A stretch of DNA of 64,000 nt from Macrostomum lignano (taxonomy: Eukaryota): contig NIVC01002492.1 in assembly GCA_002269645.1 (NCBI GenBank), positions 62,001-126,000 on the forward strand, in the 5' to 3' direction. The notes below the pieces were generated by a model. It searched no databases, had not been told where the DNA came from, and saw nothing but the letters and a program-made list of their open reading frames with translations. Shown one piece after another: positions 61,958 through 64,000 of the stretch (its first letter is position 1; each line of letters starts with the position of its first letter). The translations under genes and the position numbers were made by a program.

Positions 61958-63212
61958 TAAAGGTGCTTATTAAGTTCCCGATGCAGCCTAAAAATTGTGC
62001 AAATCAAACAAAACTTAATCAGCATTTAGATCTTGATGTTTTACGTCCGCTTGTAAGATTTCAACTCAATCGGCCGCAAAGATGCGCCGCAGTAGTCAAA
62101 GTTTGGCCCCATGCTCCCTGCCACAGCTGACTGTCCGCGACAGGCGAGTGGCGATCCTGGTCCAGTTTCGGCTGGGCAGCTCTGCGGCCGCCTGCCTCCA
62201 GACGCTGCGTGAGGCTCTACAGGATCAAGCGCCATCCCAGTCGATGGTGTACGAGTTGTTTGCGCGCTTCCCTTGTGGCTCGGCCACTCTTGACGACGAT
62301 ACTCGCGAGGGGCGGCCGAGTTTGGCCGTCTCCGACGGAGTCGTTGCTGCTGTTCGACGCCACGTGGACGGACAAAGATCGGCGAGTGACGATTCGCTGA
62401 TTCAACCATATTAAGATCCTGCACAAGCACATTGGCATGAGAAAGCTGTTCGCTCGCTGGGTTCCCCACCAGCTCAGCACTGACTAGATGCGAGCCCGCG
62501 TTGAGTTTGCCGACCTCATGGCGGCCGCTCAAAGTTGGTGGATAACATCTTCTTTGGCGACGAAACCTGGGTCTACTTTTACGACCCAGAGACCAAGGAG
62601 CAAAGTCAGCGGTGGGTCACCAACGAAGAGGATGCTCTCCTTAAATTTCGTCGCGAGTGCAGCGTCGGCAAAGTGATGGCAGCCAAGGTTTTTTCAGTCT
62701 TTTTGTCGTTTCAGCAAGCCACAGTGACGGCAGAATTATACAGCATCGCCTGCTTGTCTCAAGTTCTGCAGGCGCTCGCATAGCAGCGGCCGAAGACGCT
62801 TGAGAAAAGCATCTTCCTCCACCAGGACAACTCTCCCGTGCACCGGGCACGAGTGACCCAGGTGTTTTTTCAGGCGACCCAGCTCGTCCAGCTGCCACAT
62901 CCTGCATATTCGCTGGACCTAGCGCCTGCTGATTTCTTACTCTTTCCCAGAATGAAGAAAAATCTGAAGGCTTCGACTCGAGGGAGTTGGTTGTTGCGCT
63001 GCAAGCTGATCTGGTCAGCTTCACCAAAGCTGATCTTAGGCGTGCTTCAACGCATGGTTCCAGCGCTTGCAAAAGTGCTCCGGTTTGGGTGAAAATTATG
63101 TTGAGAAGTTACGACAGTCGTATAATAGACTTTGGTTGCTGCAGGTAAAATTTCATGCAGATGCGATCATCAGAACTGAACTTTTCCGGGAATTTAATAA
63201 GCATCCCTCTCG
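61958..63212 (+). mobile_element. Mariner (DD34D) element, about 1.25 kb, with a decayed transposase at about 62082-63110
   Basis: TIR remnants gtgcttattaagttcccg / cgggaatttaataagcat. Motifs REGRP, WVPHQL, GDETWVYFYDPETKEQS, HQDNSPVH and YSLDLAPADFLLFP, interrupted by stops and frameshifts. Confidence 0.92.
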
Positions 63213-64000
63213 TTTCTGACCGTCAGAGGGCGAAAGTTGTTCCAGGTGGTAGTCGAAGTCGTCCAGCTTTAGAACGCCGAGACCCGAACGATGGCAGACC
63301 CACTCGAACAGTAAGTTGACACGGCGCACGCTGGCCTTTCAAGATTCGTGACGAGCGAACGACCCCCACCGTATCACTGTATCGCCCCGCCAGTCTTGTC
63401 CGTCCAAGCGACAATTTGCATCGTCGGTGACTCCAGCTGGCAGGCCACATCATCCGCGCCGAATGGTACTGCCCATAGCCGGTGTAGGAGGTGCTCTTAC
63501 TGATGTTTCAGACACCCTACCGGAACCGGGCGCCATGCGCACACTCAAGGTTTCGTCGACTCCCCCCTGCTGGCTGACGCTGACGCCCCGGGATGTGGCC
63601 TATGTTCACGCCAAAGCTCTGAGGCGCGCCCTGTGACACGGTTATGATTACGTATACATATATGACGGGGAATTTCGCTGTCTTTTTCCTTGTTGTCTGA
63701 TGATGAAGCTCTAAACTTTTCACATATTTGGGAATACGGTTCATCCACCCAAACTGAGCCATGTATGGTTATCCCGCAGTGATAAACAATGCATTGGTTT
63801 GGGTGAAACAATAGCCGCTATGGACAGTAAACTAAATATGGCTTAATGCTGAAAAAAAATTAATTCTAGTGAAGCATCACGGTAACTTTTTATAGATGTG
63901 ATCATGAACCTGTGCATGCGGCTCACGATCTTGACTGAGTCCAATTTACTTAAGTTTATTATCGTGACTAACGAGCGTAGATAGCTCGTATAGCTCGTCC

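Noticed and set aside
63223-63636. Minus-strand peptide RRVNLLFEWVCHRSGLGVLKLDDF resembling an SGNH-esterase-type LINE ORF1 remnant
   Set aside because: Similarity is too weak, it is interrupted by stops, and there is no adjacent LINE ORF2 in the window.
1-64000. CRISPR arrays, rRNA genes, intact tRNA genes, prokaryotic operons
   Set aside because: The tandem arrays have no unique spacers, the tRNA-like segments are SINE heads without a full cloverleaf, and the gene structure is spliceosomal eukaryotic.

Overview
Repeat-rich eukaryotic (animal, invertebrate-like) genomic DNA. GC-rich exons, short GT-AG introns, dense minisatellites and MITEs are compatible with a free-living flatworm such as Macrostomum, but the species is an inference only. 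Three spliced protein genes can be reconstructed by hand: a phosphorylase kinase gamma subunit (+, 14544-18339, 5 exons, about 388 aa), an FLVCR-family MFS transporter (-, 29912-27106, 7 exons, 477 aa), and a tyrosine-kinase-like kinase with a probable C-terminal death domain (-, 38472-33992, 5 exons, 537 aa). The rest is mostly mobile and repetitive DNA. This includes a giant inverted repeat (arms of at least 2.4 kb, 1-2498 and 7006-9448) built of telomere-like arrays, a decayed IS630/Tc1-like element, a CMC/EnSpm-like element with a 2-bp TSD, a full-length Ty3/gypsy element with a 5-bp TSD, a head-to-head Penelope-like pair with hammerhead ribozyme motifs, two tRNA-derived SINEs, a mariner pseudogene and several MITEs. 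The most unusual observations are: (i) the two gypsy LTRs differ by a precise inversion of a 71-bp TATA-bearing segment; (ii) the giant foldback carries outward-facing G-rich arrays; (iii) sharply bounded CpG-void domains are enriched in the palindrome TAGGCCTA; (iv) the kinase has a RIPK1-like kinase plus death-domain layout. All alignments, counts and folds were done by eye, and no database search was run.
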